Positions 40,243 through 52,975 of a stretch of DNA of 64,000 bases are shown one piece after another. Both the position numbers and the translations under genes were made by a program. The notes under the pieces were generated by a model, which did no database searches, had not been told where the DNA came from, and worked only from the letters and a program-made list of their open reading frames with translations. Source of the DNA: Bacteroidetes bacterium CG2_30_33_31 (GTDB lineage: Bacteria > Bacteroidota > Bacteroidia > Bacteroidales > UBA1556); the NCBI GenBank assembly GCA_001872625.1, contig MNXP01000068.1, positions 3,598 through 67,597 on the forward strand. The letters are read 5' to 3'. Every line of letters begins with the position of its first letter. Within the stretch, counting starts at the first letter, position 1.

Positions 40243-42105
40243 ATGTTTTACAAAAATAGGAACACACCTCGAAGCGTAATTTTAGCAATCGACACTATAA
40301 TTGTGTTTATATCTGTGCTGTTGGCTTACTTATTACGATTTAATTTTAATATACCCGATTCAGAAATTGAACTCTTACCTATAGCGATTTCAATAATCTT
40401 GATTGTTCGGTTTATTTCATTTTTGCTAAGCAAGATATTTGCTGGAATAATTAGATATACTGAAACTCAAGATGTTGTAAGAGTATTTTTAGTGATTTTG
40501 CTGGGTAGTATTATCATTTCCATTATCACATATTCTTATTATTTTTATTCGAATAAGTTTATAATTCCAAGGGCGATTTTGATAATTGAATATATTACTT
40601 CCGCTGTTGGCTTAATATTTTTCCGTCTATCGGTTAAAGTTACTTACAACGAAATCAAATCGACAAATTCAGAGAGCCAAAATGTTGCCATTTTTGGGGC
40701 AGGAGAAGCAGCAATAATTGCAAAGAATGCCTTAAATCAGGATACACGTCATAAAAATAATATTCTTGCTTTTTTCGATGATAACCCAAAAATTGTTGGC
40801 AAAGAGATAGAGCACATATCCATTAAAAACGGAAATTCTCTCGACGATTTTTTATCAAAAAATTCTATAAATCAACTTGTTATTGCAGTTCAAAATATAA
40901 CTCAGAAAAGAAAAAAAGAAATTGCTGAAACTTGTTTAAAATATAATGTAATTATCAAGGATGTTCCGCCAGTGAGCCAGTGGATTAATGGAGAACTAAG
41001 TGCAAGCCAGATAAAAAAAATTAAAATTGTCGACCTCCTAGACCGCGATGAAATATCATTAAATCAAAAAGAAATAAAAAGATCATATTCAGGAAAAACA
41101 ATTTTAATAACTGGTGCTGCAGGCTCTATCGGAAGTGAGATTGTTCGTCAGCTTATAAATTATAATCCAAAACTTTTAATATTATTTGACCAAGCCGAAA
41201 CTCCATTATTTCATATTGAACTCGAGCTGATTCAAACAGCTACATGTAAAATTGAATATGTAATTGGCGATATAAGAGACGATTATAGAGTAAAAAAATT
41301 ATTCAAACATTTCTCACCAGATATAATTTTTCACGCTGCTGCATATAAGCATGTGCCAATGATGGAAAATAATCCCGCTGAGGCAATTATGGCAAATGTA
41401 AAAGGCACGAAAATAATTGCTGATTATGCATTAAATAATGGCGCGGAAAAATTCATCATGATTTCTACTGATAAAGCTGTAAACCCGACAAATGTAATGG
41501 GGGCTTCAAAAAGAATTGCCGAAATTTACATTCAATCGCTTAACAAAGAATCCATAAAAACAAGCTTTATTACAACCCGATTTGGAAACGTTCTTGGCTC
41601 CAATGGCTCAGTAATTACATTATTCAAAAAACAAATTGAAGAAAGAAAGCCTATAACTATTACTCACCCCGAAATAACAAGATTTTTTATGACAATACCT
41701 GAGGCATCTCTTTTAGTTTTAGAAGCTGGTGCTACAGGAAATGGGGGTGAAATCTTTGTATTTGATATGGGAAAATCTATAAAAATATTAGACCTTGCCA
41801 AGAAAATGATAAAGCTTTCGGGACTTGAAACTGGCAAAGACATTCAAATAATTTATACAGGATTAAGACCTGGTGAAAAACTACATGAGGAATTATTAGC
41901 ATCCACAGAAAATACAATTCCTACTGAAAATAAGAAAATTCTCAAGGCAAAAGTTAGGGAAGTTGACCCCGAATTGACAAAAGTTCAAATTGAAAATTTA
42001 ATCACAATGGCATCAGGTGATGATAATATGGAAATTGTCAAATTGATGAAGGAGATAGTTCCAGAATTTGTAAGTAAAAATTCCACTTACGAAGTTTTAG
42101 ATTAA
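40243..42105 (+). CDS. polysaccharide biosynthesis protein, CapD/WbpM/PglF-type NDP-sugar 4,6-dehydratase/epimerase
   Basis: About 4 N-terminal TM segments, then an SDR domain (TGAAGSIGSE, AAYKHV, STDKAVNPTNVMGASKR). The ORF could alternatively start at 40180. Confidence 0.88.
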   Translation: MFYKNRNTPRSVILAIDTIIVFISVLLAYLLRFNFNIPDSEIELLPIAISIILIVRFISFLLSKIFAGIIRYTETQDVVRVFLVILLGSIIISIITYSYYFYSNKFIIPRAILIIEYITSAVGLIFFRLSVKVTYNEIKSTNSESQNVAIFGAGEAAIIAKNALNQDTRHKNNILAFFDDNPKIVGKEIEHISIKNGNSLDDFLSKNSINQLVIAVQNITQKRKKEIAETCLKYNVIIKDVPPVSQWINGELSASQIKKIKIVDLLDRDEISLNQKEIKRSYSGKTILITGAAGSIGSEIVRQLINYNPKLLILFDQAETPLFHIELELIQTATCKIEYVIGDIRDDYRVKKLFKHFSPDIIFHAAAYKHVPMMENNPAEAIMANVKGTKIIADYALNNGAEKFIMISTDKAVNPTNVMGASKRIAEIYIQSLNKESIKTSFITTRFGNVLGSNGSVITLFKKQIEERKPITITHPEITRFFMTIPEASLLVLEAGATGNGGEIFVFDMGKSIKILDLAKKMIKLSGLETGKDIQIIYTGLRPGEKLHEELLASTENTIPTENKKILKAKVREVDPELTKVQIENLITMASGDDNMEIVKLMKEIVPEFVSKNSTYEVLD

Positions 42106-42114
42106 GCTAAAAAC

Positions 42115-42432
42115 TTATGCTTGAGCATTTGGGCCAAGATTAATAGGCAGTTTAAATCCACCCTCTACATCTTTTATTTCACCAAAAGCTGCCTCATATT
42201 TATTGACATTATCCTGCAATGCGCTCATCAATCTTTTTGCATGCTGAGGTGTAAGAATTATTCTTGACTTAACTTTAGCCTTAGGAACTCCTGGCATCAT
42301 TCTTATAAAATCAACCACAAATTCAGAGTTAGAATGAGTTATTATAGCAAGGTTCGAATAGATACCTTCAGCAGCTTCTTCAGATAATTCGATATTGACT
42401 TCGTTTTGATTTAGTTTTTGCTTGTTTTCCAT
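42115..42432 (-). CDS. DUF3467 family protein
   Basis: A 105-aa protein with GIYSNLAIITHSNSEFVVDF. As I recall, small genes of this kind follow rpoC in Bacteroidota. Confidence 0.65.
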   Translation of the reverse strand: MENKQKLNQNEVNIELSEEAAEGIYSNLAIITHSNSEFVVDFIRMMPGVPKAKVKSRIILTPQHAKRLMSALQDNVNKYEAAFGEIKDVEGGFKLPINLGPNAQA

Positions 42433-42448
42433 GCTAATATTTTTAAAA

Positions 42449-42477
42449 GGAAAAGGCGATTTTTTTTCGCCTTTTCC
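42449..42477 (-). terminator. hairpin/terminator after rpoC
   Basis: Perfect 11-bp stem ggaaaaggcga/tcgccttttcc with a 7-nt loop, followed on the minus strand by TTTT. Confidence 0.7.
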
Positions 42478-42491
42478 AAATTTTATAAATT

Positions 42492-45400
42492 TTATAAATT
42501 ATCGCTTAAATTTTCACCAGAAGATGAGCCTACTAATGTGGAATAATCCTCACTGCTGCCGACAATCAGATGATCGTATTCACGCAAACCAGTTCCTGCA
42601 GGAATTTTATGACCTACAATCACATTCTCTTTAAGTCCAAGCAAATTATCTCGCTTAGCATTAACTGCGGCTTCTGTTAAAACCTTGGTGGTTTCTTGGA
42701 AAGATGCTGCAGATATGAAGCTTGAAGTTTGTAGAGAAGCTCTTGTAATACCTTGAAGAATTTGTTTTGCAGTAGCTGCCTTAGCATCTCTTGCTTCAGC
42801 AAGTCTTAAATCGTGACGTCTCAAATTAGAATTCTCATCTCTTAATTTACGTGCACTTATTATCTGACCAGGTTTTAGAAACTCTGAATCACCAGCCTCT
42901 GTAACAATTTTCTTGTCAAAAATCCAGTCATTCTCTTCCATAAATTCTACTTTGTTAACAATCTCTTTTTCAAGAAACTTGGTATCGCCAGTATCTTCAA
43001 TTTCAACTTTTCTCATCATTTGGCGAACGATAACTTCAAAATGTTTATCATTAATTTTCACACCTTGAAGCCTATAAACTTCCTGAACTTCATTTACTAT
43101 ATATTCTTGTACCTGAGTAGGGCCTTTAATTGCAAGAATACTTGCAGGAGTCATAGCTCCTTCCGATAATGGTGTTCCAGATTTCACATAATCATTCTCT
43201 TGAGCAAGAATTTGTTTTGAAGTAGAAATCAAATATTTCTTCTCTTCACCAGTCTTAGAAGTAATTATCACTTCCCTATTTCCACGTTTTAGTTTTTTAT
43301 TGAATGAAACTGTTCCATCAATTTCAGCTACAATAGCTGGATCTGAAGGATTACGAGCTTCAAAAAGCTCAGTAACTCGAGGTAAACCACCAGTGATATC
43401 ACCTGATTTTCCGATGGCTCTTGGTATTTTTACCAGCTGAACTCCAGCAATTAACTTGTCTCCTTCATTTACTATTACGTGTGAATTTACTGGAAGGTCA
43501 TAATTCCTGAGCTCTTCACCCTTATTGTCAACTATAACAATTACAGGATTTTTTGATTTCAAACGAGACTCAATAATAACTTTATCTTGATAGCCTGTTT
43601 GTTCATCAGAAACTGTTTTATATGTTTGACCTTCAATTACATTTTCAAATTTAACTGTTCCAGCTACTTCAGAAATAATTGTGGCATTATATGGATCCCA
43701 ATTACAAATCAAATCATCTTTATTAATTGTGCTTCCTTCACTAAAAAATAAGTTGGCACCATAAGGCACATGATGAGAAGCTAATACAACACCTGTAGCT
43801 ATATCTTTAATTTTCATTTCGCCAGAACGACCAATAATAATTTTGTATAACTCACCTTCATTATTAGTATAATCGACGTAACGAAGTTCATCAAATTCCA
43901 AAACGCCTTCATGACGAGATTTTATACTCGAAGTTATAGCGACATTGGAAGCAGTACCCCCAACGTGGAATGTTCTAAGTGTCAACTGAGTGCCTGGCTC
44001 TCCGATAGATTGGGCAGCAATTACACCTACAGCTTCTCCTTTCTGAACCATTCGTCCGTTAGAAAGATTTCGCCCATAACATTTAGCACAAACACCTTTG
44101 CGAGACTCACAAGTAAGTACCGAACGAATTTCAATACTATCAATATCGGCTTGTTCAATTTTTAAGGCAATATCTTCAGTTAATTCACTTCCCGATTCCG
44201 CTAATAATTCACCAGTTGAATGGTTATAAATATCATGTAAGCAAGTCCTTCCTAAGATTCTGTCATATAATGTTTCAACAACTTCTTCATTGCGTTTCAG
44301 TGGTCCAACTATCAATCCTCTCAAAGTGCCGCAATCCCTTTCGGAAATTATAACATCTTGAGCCACATCAACAAGGCGTCGTGTTAAATAACCAGCATCG
44401 GCAGTTTTAAGAGCTGTGTCGGCAAGTCCTTTACGAGCACCATGGGTTGAAATAAAATACTCAAGTACAGAAAGTCCTTCTTTAAAGTTAGCAAGAATTG
44501 GATTCTCAATAATTTCTGCGCTGGATGCACCAGATTTCTGAGGTTTAGCCATCAAACCTCTCATACCAGATAATTGTCGAATTTGTTCTTTTGATCCTCG
44601 AGCACCAGAATCCAACATCATAAATACTGAGTTAAACCCTTGACGGTCAGTTGAAATTTCTTTCATCAATGTTTGAGTCAATCGTGAATTTGTATGAGTC
44701 CAAATATCAATTATCTGATTGTATCTTTCGTTGTTAGTAATAAATCCCATATTATAGTTATTCATCACTTCATCAACATCTTGATTTGCTTTTTCTACAA
44801 GAGTTTCTTTAATTTTTGGAATTAATACATCTCCCAAATTGAAAGAAAGTCCACCTTCATAAGCCATTTTATAACCTAAGGCTTTAATATCATCAAGAAA
44901 ATTTGCAGCTACATCATTACCAGTTTTTCTAATTAAAAGGCCAATAATGTCGCGCAAAGATTTCTTTGTAAGTATCTGGTTTATATAACCATACTCTTTA
45001 GGAACTACGTTATTAAATAATACTCTTCCTACTGTAGTTTCAATGATTTTAAATTCATTTTCATCATTTCCAGTAGGATTTTGAATTCTAATATTTATTA
45101 TTGCATGCAAGTCAATAACTCCTTCATTGAAAGCAATATTCACCTCTTCTGGAGAATAAAAAGTCATACCTTCGCCACGAACAATGTGTTCTGGTGTAGA
45201 TTTACGAGGTTTTGTCATATAATATAAACCTAAAACCATATCCTGAGATGGCACAGCAATAGGAGCCCCATTTGCGGGATTAAGAATATTATGAGACGCT
45301 AACATTAGTAGTTGAGTTTCTAAAATAGCTGCATTTCCTAAAGGCACATGCACTGCCATTTGGTCACCGTCAAAGTCAGCATTGAAAGCTGTACAAGCCA

Positions 45401-46796
45401 ATGGATGCAATTGTATTGCTTTTCCTTCAATAAGTTTAGGTTGAAATGCTTGAATACCCAATCGGTGAAGAGTTGGGGCTCTGTTGAGCATTACAGGATG
45501 ACCTTTTAAAACGCTTTCAAGAATATCCCAAACTACTGGGTCTTTTCTATCCACAATTTTCTTTGCGCTTTTCACAGTTTTAACAATGCCGCGTTCAAGT
45601 AATTTTCTGATAATAAAAGGCTTAAACAGTTCAGATGCCATATCTTTAGGCAATCCGCATTCATTAAGTTTTAATTCTGGACCTACCACAATTACAGAAC
45701 GGCCAGAATAGTCGACACGTTTACCTAATAAATTTTGACGGAATCGGCCTTGTTTGCCTTTCAAACTATCGCTCAAAGATTTTAATGCTCTATTAGAATC
45801 TGTTTTTACAGCGCTTGCTTTTCTTGAATTATCGAAAAGGGAGTCAACAGCTTCCTGAAGCATACGTTTTTCATTTCGCAAAATAACATCTGGAGCTTTT
45901 ATTTCTATTAATCGCTTCAAACGATTATTTCTGATAATAACTCGCCTGTATAAATCATTTAAGTCGGAAGTTGCAAATCTACCTCCATCAAGAGGCACCA
46001 ATGGTCTCAATTCTGGTGGAATTACTGGAACTACTTTTACTATCATCCATTCAGGACGATTTTCCATTCTTGTATTGGCTTCGCGAAAAGATTCAACAAC
46101 TTTAAGTCGTTTCAAAGCGTCAGCTTTTCTTTGTTGCGAAGTTTCATTATTTGCTGAATCTCTTAAAGTATAAGAAAGTTCATCGAGGTCGAGGCGAGCA
46201 AGTAAGTCATGAATTGCATCTGCACCCATTTTTGCAACGAATTTATTTGGGTCGGTATCATCAAGATATTGATTGTCTTGAGGTAACGAATCTATGATAT
46301 CAAAATATTCTTCTTCACTTAAAAAGTCGAGATATTTTAATCCGCTTGCTTCTTTTAAGCCTGGATTTATAACTACATATTTCTCATAATAAATAATTGT
46401 GTCGAGTTTTTTTGTAGGAATTCCCAATAAAGCTCCCATTTTATTAGGTAGTGTTTTGAAAAACCAAATATGGGCAACTGGTACAACAAGCTTAATGTGT
46501 CCCATTCGCTCGCGTCTAACTTTTTTCTCAGTTACTTCTACACCACAGCGGTCGCAAACTATACCTTTGTATCTTATTCTTTTATATTTACCACAATGAC
46601 ATTCGTAGTCCTTTACTGGACCAAAAATTCTTTCACAAAATAAACCATCTCTTTCAGGTTTATAAGTTCTGTAGTTAATAGTTTCGGGTTTTAACACCTC
46701 TCCACTAGAAGCTTCCAATATCATTTCAGGGGAAGCTAAACTAATAGTTATAGAGTTAAAGTTCTTATTCTCTGGTACATATTTTCTAAATGCCAT
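42492..46796 (-). CDS. rpoC: DNA-directed RNA polymerase subunit beta'
   Basis: NADFDGDQM catalytic motif, zinc-binding CHCGKY...CDRCGVEV, full length. Confidence 0.99.
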   Translation of the reverse strand: MAFRKYVPENKNFNSITISLASPEMILEASSGEVLKPETINYRTYKPERDGLFCERIFGPVKDYECHCGKYKRIRYKGIVCDRCGVEVTEKKVRRERMGHIKLVVPVAHIWFFKTLPNKMGALLGIPTKKLDTIIYYEKYVVINPGLKEASGLKYLDFLSEEEYFDIIDSLPQDNQYLDDTDPNKFVAKMGADAIHDLLARLDLDELSYTLRDSANNETSQQRKADALKRLKVVESFREANTRMENRPEWMIVKVVPVIPPELRPLVPLDGGRFATSDLNDLYRRVIIRNNRLKRLIEIKAPDVILRNEKRMLQEAVDSLFDNSRKASAVKTDSNRALKSLSDSLKGKQGRFRQNLLGKRVDYSGRSVIVVGPELKLNECGLPKDMASELFKPFIIRKLLERGIVKTVKSAKKIVDRKDPVVWDILESVLKGHPVMLNRAPTLHRLGIQAFQPKLIEGKAIQLHPLACTAFNADFDGDQMAVHVPLGNAAILETQLLMLASHNILNPANGAPIAVPSQDMVLGLYYMTKPRKSTPEHIVRGEGMTFYSPEEVNIAFNEGVIDLHAIINIRIQNPTGNDENEFKIIETTVGRVLFNNVVPKEYGYINQILTKKSLRDIIGLLIRKTGNDVAANFLDDIKALGYKMAYEGGLSFNLGDVLIPKIKETLVEKANQDVDEVMNNYNMGFITNNERYNQIIDIWTHTNSRLTQTLMKEISTDRQGFNSVFMMLDSGARGSKEQIRQLSGMRGLMAKPQKSGASSAEIIENPILANFKEGLSVLEYFISTHGARKGLADTALKTADAGYLTRRLVDVAQDVIISERDCGTLRGLIVGPLKRNEEVVETLYDRILGRTCLHDIYNHSTGELLAESGSELTEDIALKIEQADIDSIEIRSVLTCESRKGVCAKCYGRNLSNGRMVQKGEAVGVIAAQSIGEPGTQLTLRTFHVGGTASNVAITSSIKSRHEGVLEFDELRYVDYTNNEGELYKIIIGRSGEMKIKDIATGVVLASHHVPYGANLFFSEGSTINKDDLICNWDPYNATIISEVAGTVKFENVIEGQTYKTVSDEQTGYQDKVIIESRLKSKNPVIVIVDNKGEELRNYDLPVNSHVIVNEGDKLIAGVQLVKIPRAIGKSGDITGGLPRVTELFEARNPSDPAIVAEIDGTVSFNKKLKRGNREVIITSKTGEEKKYLISTSKQILAQENDYVKSGTPLSEGAMTPASILAIKGPTQVQEYIVNEVQEVYRLQGVKINDKHFEVIVRQMMRKVEIEDTGDTKFLEKEIVNKVEFMEENDWIFDKKIVTEAGDSEFLKPGQIISARKLRDENSNLRRHDLRLAEARDAKAATAKQILQGITRASLQTSSFISAASFQETTKVLTEAAVNAKRDNLLGLKENVIVGHKIPAGTGLREYDHLIVGSSEDYSTLVGSSSGENLSDNL

Positions 46797-46829
46797 ATTA
46801 TTATCTGCAATTAAATTTCAATTTAAAAA

Positions 46830-49800
46830 CTAATCAAATGTGATGTTAAGGCAAAGGCCATTAAGTTCATGAATCAACACATTAAAAGATTCAGGAATTC
46901 CAGGAATTGGTGAGCGTTGACCTTTAACAATTGCTTCATAAGCTTTTGCACGGCCTATCACATCATCAGATTTCACTGTTAGAACTTCTTGCAAAACATT
47001 GGCTGCACCGAATGCTTCAAGTGCCCATACCTCCATTTCTCCAAAACGCTGACCACCAAATTGAGCTTTCCCGCCCAAAGGTTGCTGAGTAATAAGAGAA
47101 TAAGGTCCAATTGAACGGGCGTGCATTTTATCATCAACAAGATGATGCAGTTTGAGCATATAAATAATTCCAACGGTTGCTGGTTGATCAAATTTACGAC
47201 CTGTACCTCCATCATAAAGATGGATTTTACCATTTTCTGGTAATCCAGCAAGTTTCATATAGTCATTTATTTGATCTAAAGAAGCTCCATCAAAAATTGG
47301 TGTTGCGAATTTCAGCCCCAATTCTTTACCTGCCCATGCGAGCACGGTTTCATAAATTTGACCAAGGTTCATACGAGAAGGAACTCCAAGTGGATTAAGT
47401 ACTATATCTACTGGTGTTCCATCTTCCAAAAACGGCATATCTTCATCGCGAACAATTCTGGCTACTATACCTTTGTTACCATGTCGGCCAGCCATTTTAT
47501 CACCTACTTTCAATTTACGCTTTTTAGCAATATAAATTTTTGCAAGTTTAATAATACCAGATGGAAGCTCGTCTCCAACGGAGATAGCAAATTTCTCACG
47601 ATTATATTCGCCTAAAATTTCCTTATATTTCCTTCCATAATTATATATAACTTTTTGTATTAAAGAATTTTTATCTTTATCGGTAGTCCATTTAGTAGGA
47701 TTAATATTTATATAATCCTCAATTGACATCAATAGTTTTTGGGTAAATTTGGTTTTCTTTGGTATTGCAATTTCTTTAAAATTATTGTAAACACCTTGGG
47801 AAGTTCTGCCGTTTACCAATACAACAAGTTTATCTACAAGTTGAATTTTTAGCTTTCCACTTTTCTCGTCAAAAATATGTTTGGCTTTTTGAAGGCCATC
47901 TTTTTCCATAGATTTTGAGCGTCTATCTTTGATTGCTCTTGCAAAAAGTTTTTTGTCAATAACAATACCCTTTAGAGAAGGGGAGGCTTTAAGTGAAGCA
48001 TCTTTAACATCACCGGCTTTATCGCCAAATATTGCGCGAAGAAGTTTTTCTTCTGGTGTTGGGTCTGTTTCACCTTTAGGAGTAATTTTACCAATTAGTA
48101 TATCTCCTTCTTTTACTTCTGCTCCAATTCTTATCAAACCATTTTCGTCGAGATCTTTTGTAGCTTCTGCGCTTACATTAGGAATGTCATTTGTAAGTTC
48201 TTCAATTCCGCGTTTGGTATCTCTAACTTCTAAGGTATATTCGTCAATATGTATTGAAGTGAAAATATCATCGCGAACAACTCTTTCAGAAATCACTATA
48301 GCATCTTCAAAATTGTATCCTTTCCAAGGCATAAATGCTACTTTTAAATTTCTACCAAGAGCTAATTCACCATCTTTGGTGGCATAGCCTTCTGAAAGTA
48401 TTTGACCTTTAGTAACTTTTTGTCCTTTTCTAACGACAGGTTTTTGATTTATTGATGTTGATTGATTGGTTTTTTGAAATTTGATTAGGTTATAAGTTAC
48501 CTTTTCGCTATCAAAATTTATCAATTTTTCTTCTTCTTTTCTATTATAAGTAACAACAATGTGCTTTGCATCAACTTCAGAAATAAAACCATCAGATTCA
48601 GCCATAATCATATTGCGAGAATCTCTTGCCAAAGAAGCTTCAATACCAGTGCCAACGATTGGAGCCTCAGGTTTCATAAGTGGTACAGCTTGGCGCATCA
48701 TATTTGAACCCATAAGAGCACGGTTAGCATCATCATGTTCCAAAAAGGGAATTAATGAAGCTGCTACAGAGGCAATTTGATTTGGTCCTACGTCTATATA
48801 ATCTATTTTAGTTTTATCCACAATTGGATAATCAGCCATTTTTCTTCCTTTTACTCTTGCTTCAGTTATTTCCCCAGTGGTGCTATCGTATTTTACTTTT
48901 GAATGAGTGATAATCATATCCTCTTCTTCGTCTGCTGTAAGAAACACAGGGTTTTCGTCTAACTGAACAATGCCATCTTTTACAGTTTTATAAGGTGTTT
49001 CAAGAAATCCAAGTTCATTTACTTTAGCAAAAACTGCAAGAGATGAAATCAAACCGATGTTTGGTCCTTCAGGAGTTTCAATAGTACAAAGTCGTCCATA
49101 ATGAGTAAAATGTACGTCACGTACTTCAAAACCAGCTCTTTCGCGAGAAAGACCGCCAGGTCCTAAAGCTGAAATTCTTCTTTTATGGGTAACTTCCGAA
49201 AGCGGGTTAGTTTGATCCATAAATTGTGACAAAGCATTTGTACCAAAAAATGAATTTATTACAGAAGATAATGTTTTTGCATTTATCAAATCTATTGGTG
49301 TAAAAACTTCATTATCTCTAACGTTCATTCTTTCACGTATTGTTCTTGCCATACGAGCTAAACCAACGCCAAATTGATTAGAGAGCTGTTCACCAACTGT
49401 TCTTACTCGACGATTACTTAAATGGTCGATATCATCAACTTCGGTTTTAGAATTTATCAATCTAATTAGATGCTTGATAATTTCTATAATATCTTCTTTT
49501 GTAAGTACTTTAATGTTTACGTCAACGGTAAGGCCTAATTTTTTATTAATTTTATATCTACCCACATCGCCCAAATCATATCTTTTTTCGCTAAAAAATA
49601 GATTATTAATTATACTTCTTGCTGTTTCTTCATCAGGTGGTTCAGCATTTCTTAATTGGCGATAAATATATTCTACAGCTTCCTTTTCTGAGTTGGAAGT
49701 ATCCTTTTGCAATGTATTAAAAATGATTGAAAATTCGTTTATAGAATTATCATCTTTGTGTAAGATAATTGATTTAACTCCACTATCTACAATAGGATCT

Positions 49801-50645
49801 AAATGTTCTTTTTCTAAGACTGTCTCACGATCGACAATAACTTCAGTACGTTCAATAGATACAACTTCTCCCGTATCCTCATCAACAAAATCTTCGATCC
49901 AAGTGCGAAGAACTTTAGCTGCTAAAGTACGACCCAAAACGCGTTTCAAACCAGCTTTACTAACTTTAACTTCTTCGGCAAGGTCAAATATTTCGAGTAT
50001 ATCTCTATCACTTTCAAATCCAATAGCTCTCAATAATGTGGTAACAGGGAGTTTTTTCTTGCGATCGATATAGGCAAACATGACATTATTTATATCAGTA
50101 GCAAATTCAATCCAAGAACCCTGAAAAGGAATAATTCTAGCGGAATAGAGCTGTGAACCATTTGCATGGCGGCTTGTTCCAAAGAATACGCCAGGTGATC
50201 TATGTAATTGAGAAACTATTACTCTTTCGGCACCGTTGATAACAAAAGTACCTTTAGGAGTCATATATGGTATTGTGCCCAAATATACATCTTGAATTTG
50301 TGTTTCAAAATCCTCGTGTTCTGGATCTGTACAATACAATTTAAGTTTTGCTTTGAGGGGCACGCTATATGTCAAACCTCTTTCGATGCATTCCTCTATG
50401 GAATATCTCGGTGGGTCAATGAAATAGTCGAGAAACTCTAAGACAAAATTATTACGCGCATCGGTAATTGGAAAATTATCGGTAAATACTTTATATAAAC
50501 CTTCATTTTCACGATTTTCAGGGGTTGTTTCCAATTGAAGGAAATCCTTGAATGATTTTAATTGAATATCCAGAAAATCAGGATATTTCACGTGAACTTT
50601 TGCAGAAGCAAAATTAATACGTTGTTTTTTATCTAATGATGTCAA
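46830..50645 (-). CDS. rpoB: DNA-directed RNA polymerase subunit beta
   Basis: QRINFASAK...[13 protein letters not shown]-terminus and [15 protein letters not shown]. The first codon of the ORF is TTG, with no in-frame ATG upstream of the conserved N-terminus. Confidence 0.99.
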   Translation of the reverse strand: MTSLDKKQRINFASAKVHVKYPDFLDIQLKSFKDFLQLETTPENRENEGLYKVFTDNFPITDARNNFVLEFLDYFIDPPRYSIEECIERGLTYSVPLKAKLKLYCTDPEHEDFETQIQDVYLGTIPYMTPKGTFVINGAERVIVSQLHRSPGVFFGTSRHANGSQLYSARIIPFQGSWIEFATDINNVMFAYIDRKKKLPVTTLLRAIGFESDRDILEIFDLAEEVKVSKAGLKRVLGRTLAAKVLRTWIEDFVDEDTGEVVSIERTEVIVDRETVLEKEHLDPIVDSGVKSIILHKDDNSINEFSIIFNTLQKDTSNSEKEAVEYIYRQLRNAEPPDEETARSIINNLFFSEKRYDLGDVGRYKINKKLGLTVDVNIKVLTKEDIIEIIKHLIRLINSKTEVDDIDHLSNRRVRTVGEQLSNQFGVGLARMARTIRERMNVRDNEVFTPIDLINAKTLSSVINSFFGTNALSQFMDQTNPLSEVTHKRRISALGPGGLSRERAGFEVRDVHFTHYGRLCTIETPEGPNIGLISSLAVFAKVNELGFLETPYKTVKDGIVQLDENPVFLTADEEEDMIITHSKVKYDSTTGEITEARVKGRKMADYPIVDKTKIDYIDVGPNQIASVAASLIPFLEHDDANRALMGSNMMRQAVPLMKPEAPIVGTGIEASLARDSRNMIMAESDGFISEVDAKHIVVTYNRKEEEKLINFDSEKVTYNLIKFQKTNQSTSINQKPVVRKGQKVTKGQILSEGYATKDGELALGRNLKVAFMPWKGYNFEDAIVISERVVRDDIFTSIHIDEYTLEVRDTKRGIEELTNDIPNVSAEATKDLDENGLIRIGAEVKEGDILIGKITPKGETDPTPEEKLLRAIFGDKAGDVKDASLKASPSLKGIVIDKKLFARAIKDRRSKSMEKDGLQKAKHIFDEKSGKLKIQLVDKLVVLVNGRTSQGVYNNFKEIAIPKKTKFTQKLLMSIEDYININPTKWTTDKDKNSLIQKVIYNYGRKYKEILGEYNREKFAISVGDELPSGIIKLAKIYIAKKRKLKVGDKMAGRHGNKGIVARIVRDEDMPFLEDGTPVDIVLNPLGVPSRMNLGQIYETVLAWAGKELGLKFATPIFDGASLDQINDYMKLAGLPENGKIHLYDGGTGRKFDQPATVGIIYMLKLHHLVDDKMHARSIGPYSLITQQPLGGKAQFGGQRFGEMEVWALEAFGAANVLQEVLTVKSDDVIGRAKAYEAIVKGQRSPIPGIPESFNVLIHELNGLCLNITFD

Positions 50646-50692
50646 AGTCTATGGCTTTAGTGAATTATAAAAATAAAATAAATATACAGCAA

Positions 50693-50724
50693 AGACCTTA
50701 ATCCGAAATATCGGAAAAAGGTCT
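50693..50724 (-). promoter_or_regulatory. rplL-rpoB intergenic hairpin (attenuator/processing-site candidate)
   Basis: The minus-strand RNA reads AGACCUU-UU-UCCGA-UAUU-UCGGA-UU-AAGGUCU (7 + 5 bp), followed by a U-rich tract. Confidence 0.55.
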
Positions 50725-50752
50725 ATGCTAATAAGGTATAATATTAATCTTA

Positions 50753-51127
50753 TTATTTAATCTCAACCTCAGCACCAGCCTCTTCAAGTTGAGTTTTAAG
50801 TGCTTCAGCTTCAGCTTTAGCTATACCTTCTTTAATTGTAGCTGGAACTGAATCTACCAATTCCTTAGCTTCTTTTAATCCAAGGCTTGTAAGTTCTTTT
50901 ACCAACTTAACTACAGCTAATTTTGATGCACCGTGAGATTTAAGAATAACGTCGAAAGAAGTTTTTTCTTCAGCTTCTTCAGCTGCTACAGCAACGGGAC
51001 CAGCAACAGCCACAGCAGCTGCTGCAGGCTCAATACCATATACATCCTTTAAAATTGCTGCTAATTCATTAACTTCTTTAACAGTCAAATTAACTAATTG
51101 TTCTGCAAAAGCTTTTAAATCTGCCAT
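50753..51127 (-). CDS. rplL: 50S ribosomal protein L7/L12
   Basis: Ala-rich hinge and a conserved C-terminal domain (LKEAKELVD...). Confidence 0.98.
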   Translation of the reverse strand: MADLKAFAEQLVNLTVKEVNELAAILKDVYGIEPAAAAVAVAGPVAVAAEEAEEKTSFDVILKSHGASKLAVVKLVKELTSLGLKEAKELVDSVPATIKEGIAKAEAEALKTQLEEAGAEVEIK

Positions 51128-51194
51128 TTTATTTCTATTTTATGTTCTTATCGAACTGGTTAAAAAATATTTACTTTCTTAAAAAAAATTATAA

Positions 51195-51722
51195 CTACTC
51201 GGCTCTTTCGGATAATGTTTTAATAATACCAGCCAATTTTCCACCTCCAGATTGTAGCGCGGACACTACATTTTTCGCTGGAGATTGTAATAGAGAAATT
51301 ATTCCTCCTAAAAGCTCGTCTTTCGACTTAATATTAAATAAGAAATCTAATTGATTCTCGCCAACATAACAAGTACTTTCAACATAAGCGCCTTTAAGTA
51401 GAGGTTTTGTAGTTTTGAATTTTTTAGTATAATCTTTTATAAGCTTTGCTGGAAGATTTCCTGTATCTGAAAACATAAGGGAGGTATTTCCTTTTAGAAC
51501 GTCATAAAGCTCCTCATAGTTATTATCAACCTCATTCATTGCTCGTTTAAGCAATGTGTTTTTAACTACTTGCATTTTGACCCCAGTTGTAAAACAGATT
51601 CGGCGAAGATTGCTCGTTTGTACGGCATTCAAACCTGATATATCAGTGATATATAAAACAGGTGCAGATTCCAGTTTTGTCTTGAGTTCATCAACAATTA
51701 GTTGTTTGTTTTTAATTCTCAT
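51195..51722 (-). CDS. rplJ: 50S ribosomal protein L10
   Basis: Size, position between rplA and rplL, and L10-like sequence. Confidence 0.95.
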   Translation of the reverse strand: MRIKNKQLIVDELKTKLESAPVLYITDISGLNAVQTSNLRRICFTTGVKMQVVKNTLLKRAMNEVDNNYEELYDVLKGNTSLMFSDTGNLPAKLIKDYTKKFKTTKPLLKGAYVESTCYVGENQLDFLFNIKSKDELLGGIISLLQSPAKNVVSALQSGGGKLAGIIKTLSERAE

Positions 51723-51750
51723 AACAATTGTATGTTAAAAGGTTAATAAT

Positions 51751-52446
51751 CTAAAGAGTTATGCTTTTAGTATCAATGCGCAATCCCATACTCATTGTCG
51801 AAGACAAGAATACAGATTTAACATAAGTACCCTTAGCTGAAGTCGGTTTCAGTTTAACTATAGAATGAAGAATTTCATTTGCATTTTCAACAAGTTTATT
51901 ATCTTCAAACGATACTTTACCGAATGATGTGTGAATGATGCCGTACTTATCAACTTTAAAATCGATTTTTCCAGCTTTGACTTCATTAACTGCTCGGGCG
52001 ATATCCATAGTAACGGTACCGGTCTTAGGATTAGGCATCAAGCCTCTTGGTCCTAAAATACGACCTAATGCACCAACTTTTGGCATAACACTCGGCATAG
52101 TTATAACAACGTCAATATCAGTCCAACCGCCTTTAATACGTTCGATATAGTCATCTAATCCAACGTAATCGGCTCCTGCTTGTTTAGCCTCTTCTTCTTT
52201 ATCGGGAGTACATAGCACCAACACTTTTTTTGTTTTTCCAGTGCCGTGAGGGAGAGTAACAGAACCGCGAACCATTTGGTTAGCTTTTCTTGGATCCACA
52301 CCCAAACGAACGTCAAGATCAACTGAAGAATCAAATTTGGTGGTAGTAATTTCTTTCACCAAGGCGACTGCTTCTGCAAGTGAATAGGCTTTGTCTTTTT
52401 CGACTTTAGCTAAAACTTCTTTGCGTTTTTTGGTCAACTTTGCCAT
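51751..52446 (-). CDS. rplA: 50S ribosomal protein L1
   Basis: MAKLTKKRK..., [26 protein letters not shown]. Confidence 0.98.
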   Translation of the reverse strand: MAKLTKKRKEVLAKVEKDKAYSLAEAVALVKEITTTKFDSSVDLDVRLGVDPRKANQMVRGSVTLPHGTGKTKKVLVLCTPDKEEEAKQAGADYVGLDDYIERIKGGWTDIDVVITMPSVMPKVGALGRILGPRGLMPNPKTGTVTMDIARAVNEVKAGKIDFKVDKYGIIHTSFGKVSFEDNKLVENANEILHSIVKLKPTSAKGTYVKSVFLSSTMSMGLRIDTKSITL

Positions 52447-52466
52447 TTTAATTTTAGTTTATTTGT

Positions 52467-52907
52467 TTATGCTTTAGGAAAATCACCAGTTATGGTAATT
52501 CCCATTGAGCGGGCTGTGCCAGCCACCATTTTCATTGCTGCATCAACTTCAAAAGCATTTAAATCAACCATTTTCGCTTCGGCTATTGTTTTAACTTGTT
52601 CCCAAGTAATTGAAGCAATTTTTAAACGGTTCGATTCAGCTGAACCTTTTTTGATTTTAGAAGCTTCTAAAAGTTGTATTGCAACTGGAGGAGTTTTAAT
52701 GATAAATTCAAATGATTTATCTGCAAACACAGTAATGATAACAGGAAGAACCTTACCGGCCTGATCTTGTGATCTAGCATTAAACTGTTTGCAAAACTCC
52801 ATAATGTTCACCCCTTTTGCACCTAATGCAGGTCCAACTGGAGGTGATGGGTTTGCGGCACCACCTTTGATTTGTAATTTAATTAATGCGCTAACTTCTT
52901 TTGCCAT
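52467..52907 (-). CDS. rplK: 50S ribosomal protein L11
   Basis: [21 protein letters not shown] motif. Confidence 0.98.
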   Translation of the reverse strand: MAKEVSALIKLQIKGGAANPSPPVGPALGAKGVNIMEFCKQFNARSQDQAGKVLPVIITVFADKSFEFIIKTPPVAIQLLEASKIKKGSAESNRLKIASITWEQVKTIAEAKMVDLNAFEVDAAMKMVAGTARSMGITITGDFPKA

Positions 52908-52975
52908 CTTTTAAGATTTTAAAAAGATTAAAAAAAAATATTTAATCATTCACTATTGTAACTTATAGTGGAAGA

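Noticed and set aside
42422-42634. A 70-aa plus-strand ORF spanning the DUF3467 start, the hairpin and the rpoC 3' end.
   Set aside because: It crosses a terminator hairpin and overlaps two well-supported minus-strand genes. It is spurious.
47929-50073. Long antisense ORFs (152 aa and 126 aa, Ser/Ile/Leu-rich) inside rpoB, and similar ones in rpoC, der, pheT, gldJ and thrS.
   Set aside because: They are low-complexity mirror frames of highly expressed, codon-biased genes. They have no independent start context or motifs, which is typical of A/T-rich genomes.
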